Source of the DNA: Bacteroidales bacterium
Lineage (GTDB): Bacteria > Bacteroidota > Bacteroidia > Bacteroidales > UBA932
Direction of reading: 5' to 3'
Assembly (NCBI GenBank): GCA_017557535.1
Contig: JAFYYM010000034.1
Coordinates: 123,795 to 187,794, forward strand
Length of the DNA: 64,000 nt
Each line of letters starts with the position of its first letter. The stretch's first letter is position 1. The notes beneath the pieces are model-generated. The model ran no database searches, was not told the DNA's origin, and saw only the letters and a program-made list of their open reading frames with translations. A program made the position numbers and the translations under genes. Below are positions 29,494 through 38,536 of the stretch, piece after piece.

Positions 29494-30099
29494 TTATTGT
29501 ATTTCCTCCACTACAGCGCTATCTATACCCGACAACCTGTCAAGCATGTCAGCCTCGGCGGAAAGCCTGACCCACGCCTTCAACGAGCAGTCCACGCCGA
29601 AATCCTGGTCTTTCTGACGCAAGTCCATGTCTTTCAAGATCCGCATCACCTGATTCATGTCCTGGTAGCCGAATCTCACACCGTACCATTTCCCTGCCAC
29701 CTTCTCAATCGTCCCCGCCTTGTCCAGAGCCTCAGCCGTGGAAGTCTTGTAGGCCCTGATAAGACCCGGTATACCCAACTTGATCCCCCCGAAATACCTA
29801 ACGACGACCACAAGGGTGTCGCTCAGGTTTCTGGAATCAATCTGCCCCAGTATGGGTCTCCCTGCGGAAGAAGAAGGTTCCCCGTCATCGTTGGCCCTGA
29901 ACCTGTCGCCAAGATGCCCTAGCCTGTAGGCGTAGCAATGGTGGCGGGCATCATGGTATTTTTTCTTGAGGTCAGACACGATGTCTTTCACTTCCTCCTC
30001 AGTCTCAACCGGATAGGCGAATGAGATGAAACGGCTGCCGTTGTCCTTGAACAGTCCTTCGGCAGGAGCGGAAACGCTCAGGTAAGTGTCTTGTATCAT
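29494..30099 (-). CDS. yigZ: IMPACT/YigZ family protein
   Basis: Start re-assigned to MIQDTY; ARHHCYAY, DDGEPSSSAG, VVRYFGGIKLG. Confidence 0.88.
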   Translation of the reverse strand: MIQDTYLSVSAPAEGLFKDNGSRFISFAYPVETEEEVKDIVSDLKKKYHDARHHCYAYRLGHLGDRFRANDDGEPSSSAGRPILGQIDSRNLSDTLVVVVRYFGGIKLGIPGLIRAYKTSTAEALDKAGTIEKVAGKWYGVRFGYQDMNQVMRILKDMDLRQKDQDFGVDCSLKAWVRLSAEADMLDRLSGIDSAVVEEIQ

Positions 30100-30104
30100 A
30101 TCCA

Positions 30105-30112
30105 CGAAATTA
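30105..30112 (-). promoter_or_regulatory. -7 box variant for yigZ
   Basis: TAATTTCG on minus strand, 5 nt before ATG 30099. Confidence 0.45.
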
Positions 30113-30152
30113 ACGTTTTTCACATAATTTTGCAACGGGGCGGGATTTTTTG

Positions 30153-30160
30153 TATTTTTG
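30153..30160 (+). promoter_or_regulatory. -7 box for the hypothetical-miaA unit
   Basis: TATTTTTG, 17 nt before ATG 30178. Confidence 0.5.
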
Positions 30161-30177
30161 AATACTATTTGAGTCAT

Positions 30178-30753
30178 ATGGTTTATCAATTCAGAGTCAC
30201 TTTAGCTGGAATCAAAGGATTCTACAGGGTCTACCGGATGGATTCCGGGACCTCTCTTTACGAGTTCCACAAGCAGATGAGGGCGGACATGGAGTTCCCC
30301 CAAGACCAATTGATTATGTTCAAGGCGATGGACGCCGAGGGCGGAGTCGTAGCCCGTTATGGCCTTTTCGATCTTGGCTCCGGGACCGTGGACAACATCA
30401 CCGTCAAGGACACGGTCGACGCCGGTGTCGCTTCCTACATATATTTCTATGATGTACCGAACAGGAAAAGCGTCATTATAACGTTTGAGGGTGCCGAAGA
30501 AGGAAGAGGTCCTTCTCCGGTCATAGTCGATGCCAAAGGGCCCAACCCGATTGAGTTCGAGAACGGGTATGTCGCCTTCGAGGACCTTCCCGACTCCCAG
30601 CGCCACCTTCCGGGACAGAAGCCTGACTGGCTCAGTGAACTTGGATCCGGAGGGGACGACGACAAGTCGGACGGGGATGAAGAGGACGAGGAAGATGACG
30701 ACGACGAGGACGGCAAGGAGGTCTTCGACGGCACTGAGGACCTCGATTTCTAG
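30178..30753 (+). CDS. Hypothetical protein with acidic tail (pRiA4b ORF3-like)
   Basis: MVYQFRVTL start; Asp/Glu-rich C-terminus; directly upstream of miaA as recalled for other Bacteroidales. Confidence 0.65.
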   Translation: MVYQFRVTLAGIKGFYRVYRMDSGTSLYEFHKQMRADMEFPQDQLIMFKAMDAEGGVVARYGLFDLGSGTVDNITVKDTVDAGVASYIYFYDVPNRKSVIITFEGAEEGRGPSPVIVDAKGPNPIEFENGYVAFEDLPDSQRHLPGQKPDWLSELGSGGDDDKSDGDEEDEEDDDDEDGKEVFDGTEDLDF

Positions 30754-30756
30754 CAG

Positions 30757-31614
30757 ATGTCTCGCCGGCTCGTCATCATTCTCGGGCCGACGGCCGTGGG
30801 GAAAACCGAGTACAGTGTCCGGAAGGCCCTGGAATACGGTTCCCCTATCATCTCTTGCGACTCACGCCAGATCTACAAGGGCATGACGATTGGCACGGCT
30901 GCCCCTGACAAGGAACAGCTGGAGGCTGTCAAGCATTATTTCATACAGACTATCCCCGTAACCCAGCCCTACACCGCGGGAGACTATGAGCGGGACGCTC
31001 TCGCATTGATAGAGCGGCTTTTCGGGGAAGGACATGAGACCCTGGTCATGACTGGCGGCTCCATGTTCTATCTCGACGCTGTCTGCAACGGCTTGGACGA
31101 TCTCCCGGACGGAGATCCGGCGCTACGGAAAGCCCTATGGGAAAGAGTTGATTCAGAAGGGCTTGAGAGCCTTGTTGAAGAATTGGGCAAAAGGGATCCA
31201 ATCACATATTCCCGAATCGACAAGCAAAATAGCCAGAGGGTGGTGAGGGCATTGGAGGTCTGCCTGGTATCCGGCAGGCCGCTATCTTCCTTCAAGTCCG
31301 GACGGAAGAAAAGGGATTTCGAGATCGAGAAAATAGGGCTTGAGCGCCCGAGGGAGGAACTGTACGCCAGGATCGACCGGAGGGTACTGAAGATGATGGA
31401 TGAAGGACTCGTGGATGAGGTCCGCTCTCTTCTCCCCTACCGGGACTGTCAGGCCCTGCAAACGGTAGGTTATAAGGAAACATTTGATTATCTGGACAAT
31501 AAGATTCCCCTTAACGAGGCTGTCCGCCTCATTCAGCGGAACACCCGCCACTACGCGAAAAAACAAATGACCTGGTGGCGACGCGACCAATCCATCAAAT
31601 GGATATGTCTTTGA
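30757..31614 (+). CDS. miaA: tRNA dimethylallyltransferase
   Basis: GPTAVGKT, DSRQIYK, GGSMFY, RVVRALEV, QTVGYKE, TRHYAKKQ. Confidence 0.96.
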   Translation: MSRRLVIILGPTAVGKTEYSVRKALEYGSPIISCDSRQIYKGMTIGTAAPDKEQLEAVKHYFIQTIPVTQPYTAGDYERDALALIERLFGEGHETLVMTGGSMFYLDAVCNGLDDLPDGDPALRKALWERVDSEGLESLVEELGKRDPITYSRIDKQNSQRVVRALEVCLVSGRPLSSFKSGRKKRDFEIEKIGLERPREELYARIDRRVLKMMDEGLVDEVRSLLPYRDCQALQTVGYKETFDYLDNKIPLNEAVRLIQRNTRHYAKKQMTWWRRDQSIKWICL

Positions 31615-31646
31615 TTAGAACCTGATTCCTATCCCGCATTTTTTAT

Positions 31647-31654
31647 TATATTTG
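31647..31654 (+). promoter_or_regulatory. -7 box for the SAS-SAH-partner-switch operon
   Basis: TATATTTG in AT-rich gap, 19 nt before ATG 31674. Confidence 0.6.
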
Positions 31655-31673
31655 TGTTTTAAGGTTAATCCGC

Positions 31674-32738
31674 ATGACCAACGAAAGACATCTTGACCCA
31701 CACTGCGAGTCCATCCTTCAGGAGTATCGCGACAACCTGCCCTGGTTCAAGGACGAGGCGTGGAAGGTGTATTCACGTCTCAAGGAGACTCTGGACAAGG
31801 CCGGTCTGCTCACCGCCGCCCTGGAATACAGGGTCAAAGAAGAGGACTCCTTGGCCGGCAAGCTCGAACTAAAAGGAGGGAAGTATCAGTCCCTCAAGGA
31901 TATAACCGACATAATCGGACTCAGGGTGATCACCTTTTACACCGACGATGTGGACAAGGTGGCGTCTGCGGTGGAAAGGCTTTTCGAGGTGGACTGGGAG
32001 AATTCCGTGGACAAGCGCAAGGCCCTTGAGATCGATAGCTTCGGGTACCTGTCCCTGCATTATGTGTGCAGGATCCCCGGTTCAGAGTACAAGATGGAGA
32101 TCCAGATGAGGACTGTTCTGCAGCACGCTTGGGCTAACATGAACCATGACACCGGATACAAGTCCGGCGTCGAGGTGCCTCCGAGGTACTTGCGCAACCT
32201 CAGCCGTCTGGCCGGAATGCTTGAGCTTGTCGACGACGAGTTCAGCCGGATCCGCTCTGAGCTTACGAACTACCGCAGGCAGGTCAAATCGCTTGTGGCG
32301 TCAGGGAACCTGGATGACGTTCCTCTCGACGGAGACACTTACAGGAGCTTCCTGGAAATGAATCCATTCGACGCGCTAAACCAAAGAATCGCATCTGTCA
32401 ACCAGGCAGAGGTGCACGAGGTCTCCCTCATGCCTTTCCTGACATTATTCAAAGGACTTGGATGCAAGACCCTGGGCGACATCGTGAATATGATTCGGGA
32501 TTATTCGGAAGGGGCATTTCAGATCGCCACGTTCCAGATTGGTCTGACAGACCTGGACATTGTCTCTTCTTCCATAGGACCTCAGGACCTTTGCATCGCC
32601 TACCTTCTCAAGCAAGGCAGCGGAAAGGCGGGAATCAGACTTATGTTCGACACTCTTAACGGCAAATCGGAAAGCAACGACATGATCGCGGACCTGATCA
32701 TGGAACAAGCTAAAGACCTGCCATTCATGAACCAATAA
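31674..32738 (+). CDS. Small alarmone synthetase (RelA/SpoT synthetase domain) with uncharacterised C-terminal domain
   Basis: RVKEEDSLAGK, DIIGLRV, GYLSLH, EIQMRT, HDTGYK; no HD/TGS/ACT domains seen. Confidence 0.88.
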   Translation: MTNERHLDPHCESILQEYRDNLPWFKDEAWKVYSRLKETLDKAGLLTAALEYRVKEEDSLAGKLELKGGKYQSLKDITDIIGLRVITFYTDDVDKVASAVERLFEVDWENSVDKRKALEIDSFGYLSLHYVCRIPGSEYKMEIQMRTVLQHAWANMNHDTGYKSGVEVPPRYLRNLSRLAGMLELVDDEFSRIRSELTNYRRQVKSLVASGNLDDVPLDGDTYRSFLEMNPFDALNQRIASVNQAEVHEVSLMPFLTLFKGLGCKTLGDIVNMIRDYSEGAFQIATFQIGLTDLDIVSSSIGPQDLCIAYLLKQGSGKAGIRLMFDTLNGKSESNDMIADLIMEQAKDLPFMNQ

Positions 32739-32739
32739 T

Positions 32740-33318
32740 ATGGCAAACAATCCTCTCGACACGACTCTGCTTGACAGGGCGATTATCTTCGCCGTCAAGG
32801 CTCATTCCGGGACAGAACGTAGGGGGAAGGGATTCCCCTACATAGTCCACCCGATGGAGGCCATGGAGATTGTCGCCACGATCACAAATGACCAGGAATT
32901 GCTCGCCGCTGCCGCCCTGCACGACACTGTGGAAGACACTCTCGTCACAATCGGGATTATACGGGAGGAATTCGGAGACAGGATAGCGGACCTTGTGGAA
33001 GCCGAGAGCGACGTGTTTATGGAGGGGGTTAGTGAGGAGGATAGTTGGCATGAGAGGAAGAAGGCTGCTTTGGAGCGGCTCGCGAAAGCGACTCGAGATG
33101 TCAAAATAGTAGCCATGGGGGACAAGCTCTCCAACATGAGAGCCATCGCGAGGGACTACGCTGAACAAGGGGATGAGTTTTGGAACTTATTCCACGTGAA
33201 AAAGAAGTCAGACCATGCCTGGCGTTACAGGGGGCTATTGGAAGCCTTACGGGATCTTAGCGGAACAGCTGCGTTCAAGGAATTTGAACATCTTGTGAAT
33301 CAGGTGTTTAATGAATAA
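32740..33318 (+). CDS. HD-domain small alarmone hydrolase (Mesh1/SpoT-HD like)
   Basis: AH..TERRG..PYIVHP, LHDTVEDT, GDKLSN. Confidence 0.85.
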   Translation: MANNPLDTTLLDRAIIFAVKAHSGTERRGKGFPYIVHPMEAMEIVATITNDQELLAAAALHDTVEDTLVTIGIIREEFGDRIADLVEAESDVFMEGVSEEDSWHERKKAALERLAKATRDVKIVAMGDKLSNMRAIARDYAEQGDEFWNLFHVKKKSDHAWRYRGLLEALRDLSGTAAFKEFEHLVNQVFNE

Positions 33319-34153
33319 ACCGATGGAAGCGCTCAAAATCTCTCTTGACGACTACATCCTCTCCGGCGGAGGCGCTAACGGGGAAAGTTTCGACCACAAG
33401 TCCGATCCGTCGGTCATGTTGAAGCTATATTTCCCGGGCAAAATCCAACAGCCTCTGGATGAGATGATTCTCGCCAGGAAGGTTTACGATCTTGGAATAC
33501 CAACCCCTGAGCCTGGTGAATATGTCGTCACTGAGGACGGCCGTTACGGCATACGATTCCACAGGATACTCGGGAAGAAATCCTACTCCAGAGCCACGGG
33601 AGACAATCCGGAGAAGGTGGCATATTACGCCGCCGAGTTCGCCGGGATGTGCCTCCAACTGCACTCGACCCATGTGGACACGACCATGTTCGAGAATGTC
33701 AAGGACAGGTACTTCCGTTTGCTGGAGGCAAATCCTTTCTTCACGACCTCGGAAAAGGACAAACTCGGAAGATTCATCGCAGATACCCCAGAGGAGGACA
33801 CCGCCATCCACGGAGACCTTCAGTACAGCAATGCGATATTCGCCGGGGACAAGAACTATTTCATCGACCTCGGGGATTTCTGCTACGGCAACCATCTGTT
33901 CGATGTTGGGATGGTCTACCTTTGCTGCTGCCTTAGCGGCGAGGGTTTTATCCAGGAGACTTTCCATATGCCCAAATCCCTGGCGAAGAGGTTTTGGGAA
34001 GAGTTCGCCCCGGTCTATTTCGGGAAAGACCGTCCTCTCAGAGAGATAGAGGAGGAGATACGGCCATACGCCGGTCTCAAGACCATAATAGTAGAACGTG
34101 ACACAAACTGCCCGATGCCTGAGTTCAGGGCGGCGCTATCCTCAATATTATGA
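33311..34153 (+). CDS. APH-fold phosphotransferase (TIGR02172-like)
   Basis: GGGANG glycine loop, MLKLY, HGDLQYSN catalytic loop, FIDLGDF. Confidence 0.8.
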   Translation: MNKPMEALKISLDDYILSGGGANGESFDHKSDPSVMLKLYFPGKIQQPLDEMILARKVYDLGIPTPEPGEYVVTEDGRYGIRFHRILGKKSYSRATGDNPEKVAYYAAEFAGMCLQLHSTHVDTTMFENVKDRYFRLLEANPFFTTSEKDKLGRFIADTPEEDTAIHGDLQYSNAIFAGDKNYFIDLGDFCYGNHLFDVGMVYLCCCLSGEGFIQETFHMPKSLAKRFWEEFAPVYFGKDRPLREIEEEIRPYAGLKTIIVERDTNCPMPEFRAALSSIL

Positions 34154-36345
34154 ATGCGAAAGCCAAATTAGAAGAAAGGTTCAAGAGGAGTTCCATGGTC
34201 GCCGCCTTGCTGCTGGTAGTCGTGGCGGCATTGACCCTTGAAGCCACGTCGCTGATACAGTATTATTACGCCGAGAAAGGGTTAAAGGAGGAGGCCACAA
34301 AACGGGCTGAGAGCCAGCTTGAGAACACCAAATTCAAGATAGAAGGTGTATTAGACCAGGTGGAGGCCACAATCCGGAACAATGTCAGGCTCACCCAGTG
34401 GGGATTCGGACATTTGGACAGCCTCCACATGATAACCGCTATCATAGTCCGTGAGAACCCGGTGGTAAGCGGATCCACGATCGCTCTCGTTCCGGGGTAC
34501 AGCCGGAAGTATCCGCTATTCGCCCCCTACTCATACATTGACCAGGAAACCGGGGAACTCCTGTCGAGCTCACTGGCGACAGAGGAATACGACTACCCAT
34601 CTAAGGAATGGTTCACAAAACCTATCGAGCTCGATGCCGGCTATTGGTCGGAGCCATACGTGGATGTCGGAGGTGGCGAAGTCCTGATGACAACATATTC
34701 AGTACCCATAAGGGATGCGAAAGGAAACGTCGGCGCTGTACTCACTGCCGACGTGGCGTTGGACTGGCTGACCAATTATGTCGGCGGCAGCAAAGTCTAT
34801 CCCGACGCTTTCAACCTCGTGGTCAGCCGAAAAGGAGAGATCATGGTCGCCCCGATCGAGACCCTGGTCATGCGCAAGACTCTCCAGGAAGCTTCCAAAG
34901 ATTTTGAGAACCAGGATAAGGTGAAAGCCATCACCGAATCCATGCTCAACGGAGAGTCAGGCATGAGGGTGGTCCAGGGAAAGACCAATAGCAGTCATGT
35001 TTATTTCGCTCCGGTGGAACGAACAGGATGGTCCATGTCCGTCGTTATTCCAGACAAAGAGATATTCGGAGAAATCAAGAGTATCAGGAGACTGGTGGAA
35101 TTACTTCAGGTCCTCGGTCTTTTAATGCTGGTGCTCATCCTTAGTTTCGCTGCCAAAAGCCAGAGCCAGTACAGGGTTATGTCTGAGAAGAAGGAGAAGA
35201 TGGAGAATGAGCTGACCATCGCGAGGGGCATACAGATGTCAATGATACCCAAGACCTTCCCTCCTTTCCCGGATCGAAACGACCTGGACATATCCGCCAT
35301 GGTTGTACCGGCCAAAGAAGTCGGCGGGGACCTTTACGACTACTTCATCCGAGACGGCAGGTTATATTTCTGCATAGGGGATGTGTCCGGGAAGGGTGTG
35401 CCGGCGGCGTTGGTCATGGCCGTCACCAGAAGCTTGTTCCGCTCCGTAGCCAATCATGAGCACACCTCATCACATATCGTGAACATCATGAACAAGAGCA
35501 TGGCCGAGATGAACGACAACAACATGTTCGTCACGTTCTTCTGCGGTATCCTTAACCTTGAGGATGGCCATCTCGACTATTGTAACGCCGGACACAACAC
35601 GCCGATAATCCTCTCCGGAATCAGGAGAATGCTGGACGTCATCCCCAATCTGCCACTCGGGATTGTCGCGGACTTCGCATTCAAATCCCAAAAAACAGTA
35701 CTGAAAAACGACGATGGCTTATTCCTCTATACTGATGGACTAACCGAGGCGGAGAATATCAACCACGAGTTGTTCGGGGAGGAAAGGATGATTGAGATAC
35801 TTTCGACAAGAAGAGATGCCTCAGGCCATCTCGCGGCCATGGAGAAAGCTGTCAACCAGTTCGTGGGTGACGCCCCGAGGAGTGATGACCTCACAATGCT
35901 TTTCATACATTACATTATGACTGAGCCAGGAGTTATAAAACGCCATCTTACGCTTGAGAATGATTTAGAACAGATTCCCAGGCTCTCGAAGTTCATAAAC
36001 GGCATCGCTGAGAGCAAGAATCTCGATGAGGATCTGGCCATGAATATCCACCTCGCCATGGAAGAGGCGGTTACAAACTCTATTATGTACGCCTATCCAG
36101 AAGGTGTCTCTGGCGATATTGAGGTTGGCGCCATTGTAAATGACAGCACTATCGAGTTCACTATCTCGGACCATGGCATGGAGTTTGACCCGACAGCCAG
36201 GCCAGAACCCGACCTCACAACCGGAGTGGAGGATAGACCCATCGGAGGTCTTGGCATATTCTTGATAAAGAAGATCATGGATTCTGTCACGTACCGGAGG
36301 GAGAAGGGTGTTAATATATTGAAATTGATCAAAAACATTAAATGA
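34150..36345 (+). CDS. Membrane Cache sensor - SpoIIE/PP2C phosphatase - RsbW-like HATPase kinase fusion
   Basis: Two TMs flanking WSEPYVD Cache region; VGGDLYD, GDVSGKG, LYTDGLTEA, SDDLT; EEAVTN, DHG.EFDP, IGGLGIFL. Confidence 0.88.
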   Translation: MNAKAKLEERFKRSSMVAALLLVVVAALTLEATSLIQYYYAEKGLKEEATKRAESQLENTKFKIEGVLDQVEATIRNNVRLTQWGFGHLDSLHMITAIIVRENPVVSGSTIALVPGYSRKYPLFAPYSYIDQETGELLSSSLATEEYDYPSKEWFTKPIELDAGYWSEPYVDVGGGEVLMTTYSVPIRDAKGNVGAVLTADVALDWLTNYVGGSKVYPDAFNLVVSRKGEIMVAPIETLVMRKTLQEASKDFENQDKVKAITESMLNGESGMRVVQGKTNSSHVYFAPVERTGWSMSVVIPDKEIFGEIKSIRRLVELLQVLGLLMLVLILSFAAKSQSQYRVMSEKKEKMENELTIARGIQMSMIPKTFPPFPDRNDLDISAMVVPAKEVGGDLYDYFIRDGRLYFCIGDVSGKGVPAALVMAVTRSLFRSVANHEHTSSHIVNIMNKSMAEMNDNNMFVTFFCGILNLEDGHLDYCNAGHNTPIILSGIRRMLDVIPNLPLGIVADFAFKSQKTVLKNDDGLFLYTDGLTEAENINHELFGEERMIEILSTRRDASGHLAAMEKAVNQFVGDAPRSDDLTMLFIHYIMTEPGVIKRHLTLENDLEQIPRLSKFINGIAESKNLDEDLAMNIHLAMEEAVTNSIMYAYPEGVSGDIEVGAIVNDSTIEFTISDHGMEFDPTARPEPDLTTGVEDRPIGGLGIFLIKKIMDSVTYRREKGVNILKLIKNIK

Positions 36346-36346
36346 T

Positions 36347-36649
36347 ATGGAAGTAAAGATTAACAAGCAAGATGATGTGACCACGATCCGTCTTATCGGA
36401 CGGCTGGACACTCCCGCCGCACAGGAGGTCGGCAAAGAACTCACTCCTCTCCAAGAGAACGCCAACGGCACCATTATCCTTGACTGCGAGGATCTTAGCT
36501 ATATTTCCAGCTCGGGCTTGAGAATATTCCTGTCTCTGCGGAAGGCGGCTGCGGTTAAAGGAGGTAAGGTGATTGTGAAAAACATTAATGACAGCATACG
36601 GAACGTGTTCATGATGACCGGGTTCCTTAACCTTTTCGAAGTTGAGTGA
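36347..36649 (+). CDS. STAS domain anti-anti-sigma protein (SpoIIAA/RsbV-like)
   Basis: GRLDT, LSYISSSGLR phospho-Ser motif, 100 aa. Confidence 0.9.
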   Translation: MEVKINKQDDVTTIRLIGRLDTPAAQEVGKELTPLQENANGTIILDCEDLSYISSSGLRIFLSLRKAAAVKGGKVIVKNINDSIRNVFMMTGFLNLFEVE

Positions 36650-38148
36650 TGCCTCTCTCGGTATTCTCAATAAACATCCTGTCTGAGAACCTGCTCCTGC
36701 TGGTGTCGGTACTGGTGTTCTGTGCCATCCTTTTCACGAAGATCGGGACACGGTTTGGAATGCCATCCCTGCTCCTTTTCCTCATCATAGGAATGATCGC
36801 CGGAGCCGACGGGATAGGTATACGCTTTGAGGATTACCACCTGGCCGAGTCGATCGGCCATTTCGCCATGACCATAATCCTGTTCACCGGCGGACTCCAG
36901 ACTTCCCTCTCCGAGTCCAAGCCTGTGATGCGGCAAGGTGTGCTACTCTCCTCTTTGGGAGTGTTCATAACCGCATTGCTCACGGGATTATTCATTTATC
37001 TTGTCACAGGAAGCCTCATAGGCCAGATAGGAGGCACTTTTCTCGGATGCCTGCTTCTGGCGTCTGTTATGGGTCCCACGGATTCCGCATCCGTGTTCTC
37101 CATACTGAGAGGCAAGAAAATGCACCTTAGGGAACGCATAGGAACCATGCTGGAGCTTGAATCCGGTAGTAACGACCCCATGGCGTATATACTCACGATC
37201 ATCATGGTCCAGATCCTGACCTCCCCCGAGAAGATGAGCGGCAGCGCCTGGGGGATGATCTGGACGGGAACGTGGATACTGGTAGTGCAAATGGTTATTG
37301 GGTTTTTGGTGGGTATAGCCGTAGGTTACGGGGCGAAACTCCTGTTGGAGAAAGTCCCCCTGCCCGGAAACTCCCTGTATTCAATCCTGATCCTGAGCAT
37401 CGGATTCTTCTCGAACGGCATAGCGACTGTTCTTTTCGGAAACGGACTCCTCGCCCTGTACGTGACCGCCGTCATTATTGGCAACAAGGCCAAGATCCCC
37501 AACGAGAGGGATGTGCTTAAGTTTTTCGACGGGATGACATGGCTGATGCAGCTGGTGATGTTCCTGATGCTGGGGCTTCTCGCCAGGCCGTCACAGATGG
37601 CTCACTCCCTGTTGCCGGCAGTGCTGATCGCCCTGTTCATGATGTTCGTTGCGCGTCCGGCGAGTGTATTCACCTGTCTCGCTCCATTTAAGGGGATCTC
37701 CACAAAATCAAAGTTTTTCGTGTCATGGGTGGGCCTCAAGGGAGCTGGCCCGATCCTGTTCGCCCTCTATCCTGTCATCTCTGGACTGGAAGGCTCTGAT
37801 GACATGTTCAACATAGTGTTCATCATCACCCTTCTGTCACTTGTGGCGCAAGGGATGACACTCTCCCCTATAGCCAGGAAGCTTGATCTGAGCTATGAGG
37901 AGGATCCGGTAATCGAGACCTTCGGAATGGAGATACCGGAGGAAATGGGAATGCTCCGCGACCACACTGTCTCGGAGGATGACTTGCGTGAGGGATCCAC
38001 ATTAAGGGATCTGCATCTACCTCACGGAATACGAGTATTGATGGTCAGGCGCGGCGAGCGTTTCCTTGTCCCTCACGGGAGCATGGAGCTGGCCGTGGGC
38101 GACCATCTTGTGATTATAATGGGAGAGAGCGACGACGACCTCAACTAA
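36646..38148 (+). CDS. cvrA: K+/H+ antiporter (CvrA/NhaP2-like) with C-terminal RCK_C domain
   Basis: ILFTGGL, PTDSASVF, LELESGSNDP, WVGLKGA; RCK_C-like tail (VRRGERFLVPHG..GDHL). Confidence 0.82.
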   Translation: MMPLSVFSINILSENLLLLVSVLVFCAILFTKIGTRFGMPSLLLFLIIGMIAGADGIGIRFEDYHLAESIGHFAMTIILFTGGLQTSLSESKPVMRQGVLLSSLGVFITALLTGLFIYLVTGSLIGQIGGTFLGCLLLASVMGPTDSASVFSILRGKKMHLRERIGTMLELESGSNDPMAYILTIIMVQILTSPEKMSGSAWGMIWTGTWILVVQMVIGFLVGIAVGYGAKLLLEKVPLPGNSLYSILILSIGFFSNGIATVLFGNGLLALYVTAVIIGNKAKIPNERDVLKFFDGMTWLMQLVMFLMLGLLARPSQMAHSLLPAVLIALFMMFVARPASVFTCLAPFKGISTKSKFFVSWVGLKGAGPILFALYPVISGLEGSDDMFNIVFIITLLSLVAQGMTLSPIARKLDLSYEEDPVIETFGMEIPEEMGMLRDHTVSEDDLREGSTLRDLHLPHGIRVLMVRRGERFLVPHGSMELAVGDHLVIIMGESDDDLN

Positions 38149-38525
38149 AAAGGGAGGTCGCTTGATAAATCTTCCACAGACGGCATGTCAACCGGAATGT
38201 CATCGAGGGAAGGGGACGGAGCAGGTGCCTGCTCCTGAACGGGAGACAAGGGAGAGATACGCCATACACGCACATCATTGTACCAACGGCCATTATATTC
38301 CCTGGCTCTCAAATTGAAAGACACTTTAACAAGGTCGCCGACCTGGAACTTGTCCAGTTCGGCGACTCTATCATTTCCAAATGAAGTGAAGCAGACCTCC
38401 GCGGGGAAGTTACCATCCTGATACTCAAGGATGAAATCTTGCTTAACCCAGGAACCTCTGGGACTCTGGCCACTTTGCTTGGCCTCTTTCCGGGAGATGC
38501 GCCCCTCCAATTCAAGCGCAGCCAT
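38145..38525 (-). CDS. DUF3127 domain protein (SSB-like OB fold)
   Basis: W.KQDFIL, VSFNLRAREYNGRWYND, acidic DLPF tail. Confidence 0.85.
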   Translation of the reverse strand: MAALELEGRISRKEAKQSGQSPRGSWVKQDFILEYQDGNFPAEVCFTSFGNDRVAELDKFQVGDLVKVSFNLRAREYNGRWYNDVRVWRISPLSPVQEQAPAPSPSLDDIPVDMPSVEDLSSDLPF

Positions 38526-38536
38526 CAGCTTTTTTC

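Noticed and set aside
30178-30753. pRiA4b ORF3 / IS1096-passenger-like protein as a sign of a mobile element
   Set aside because: No transposase or inverted repeats; the miaA linkage looks chromosomal. The acidic tail is low-complexity coding sequence, not a DNA repeat array.
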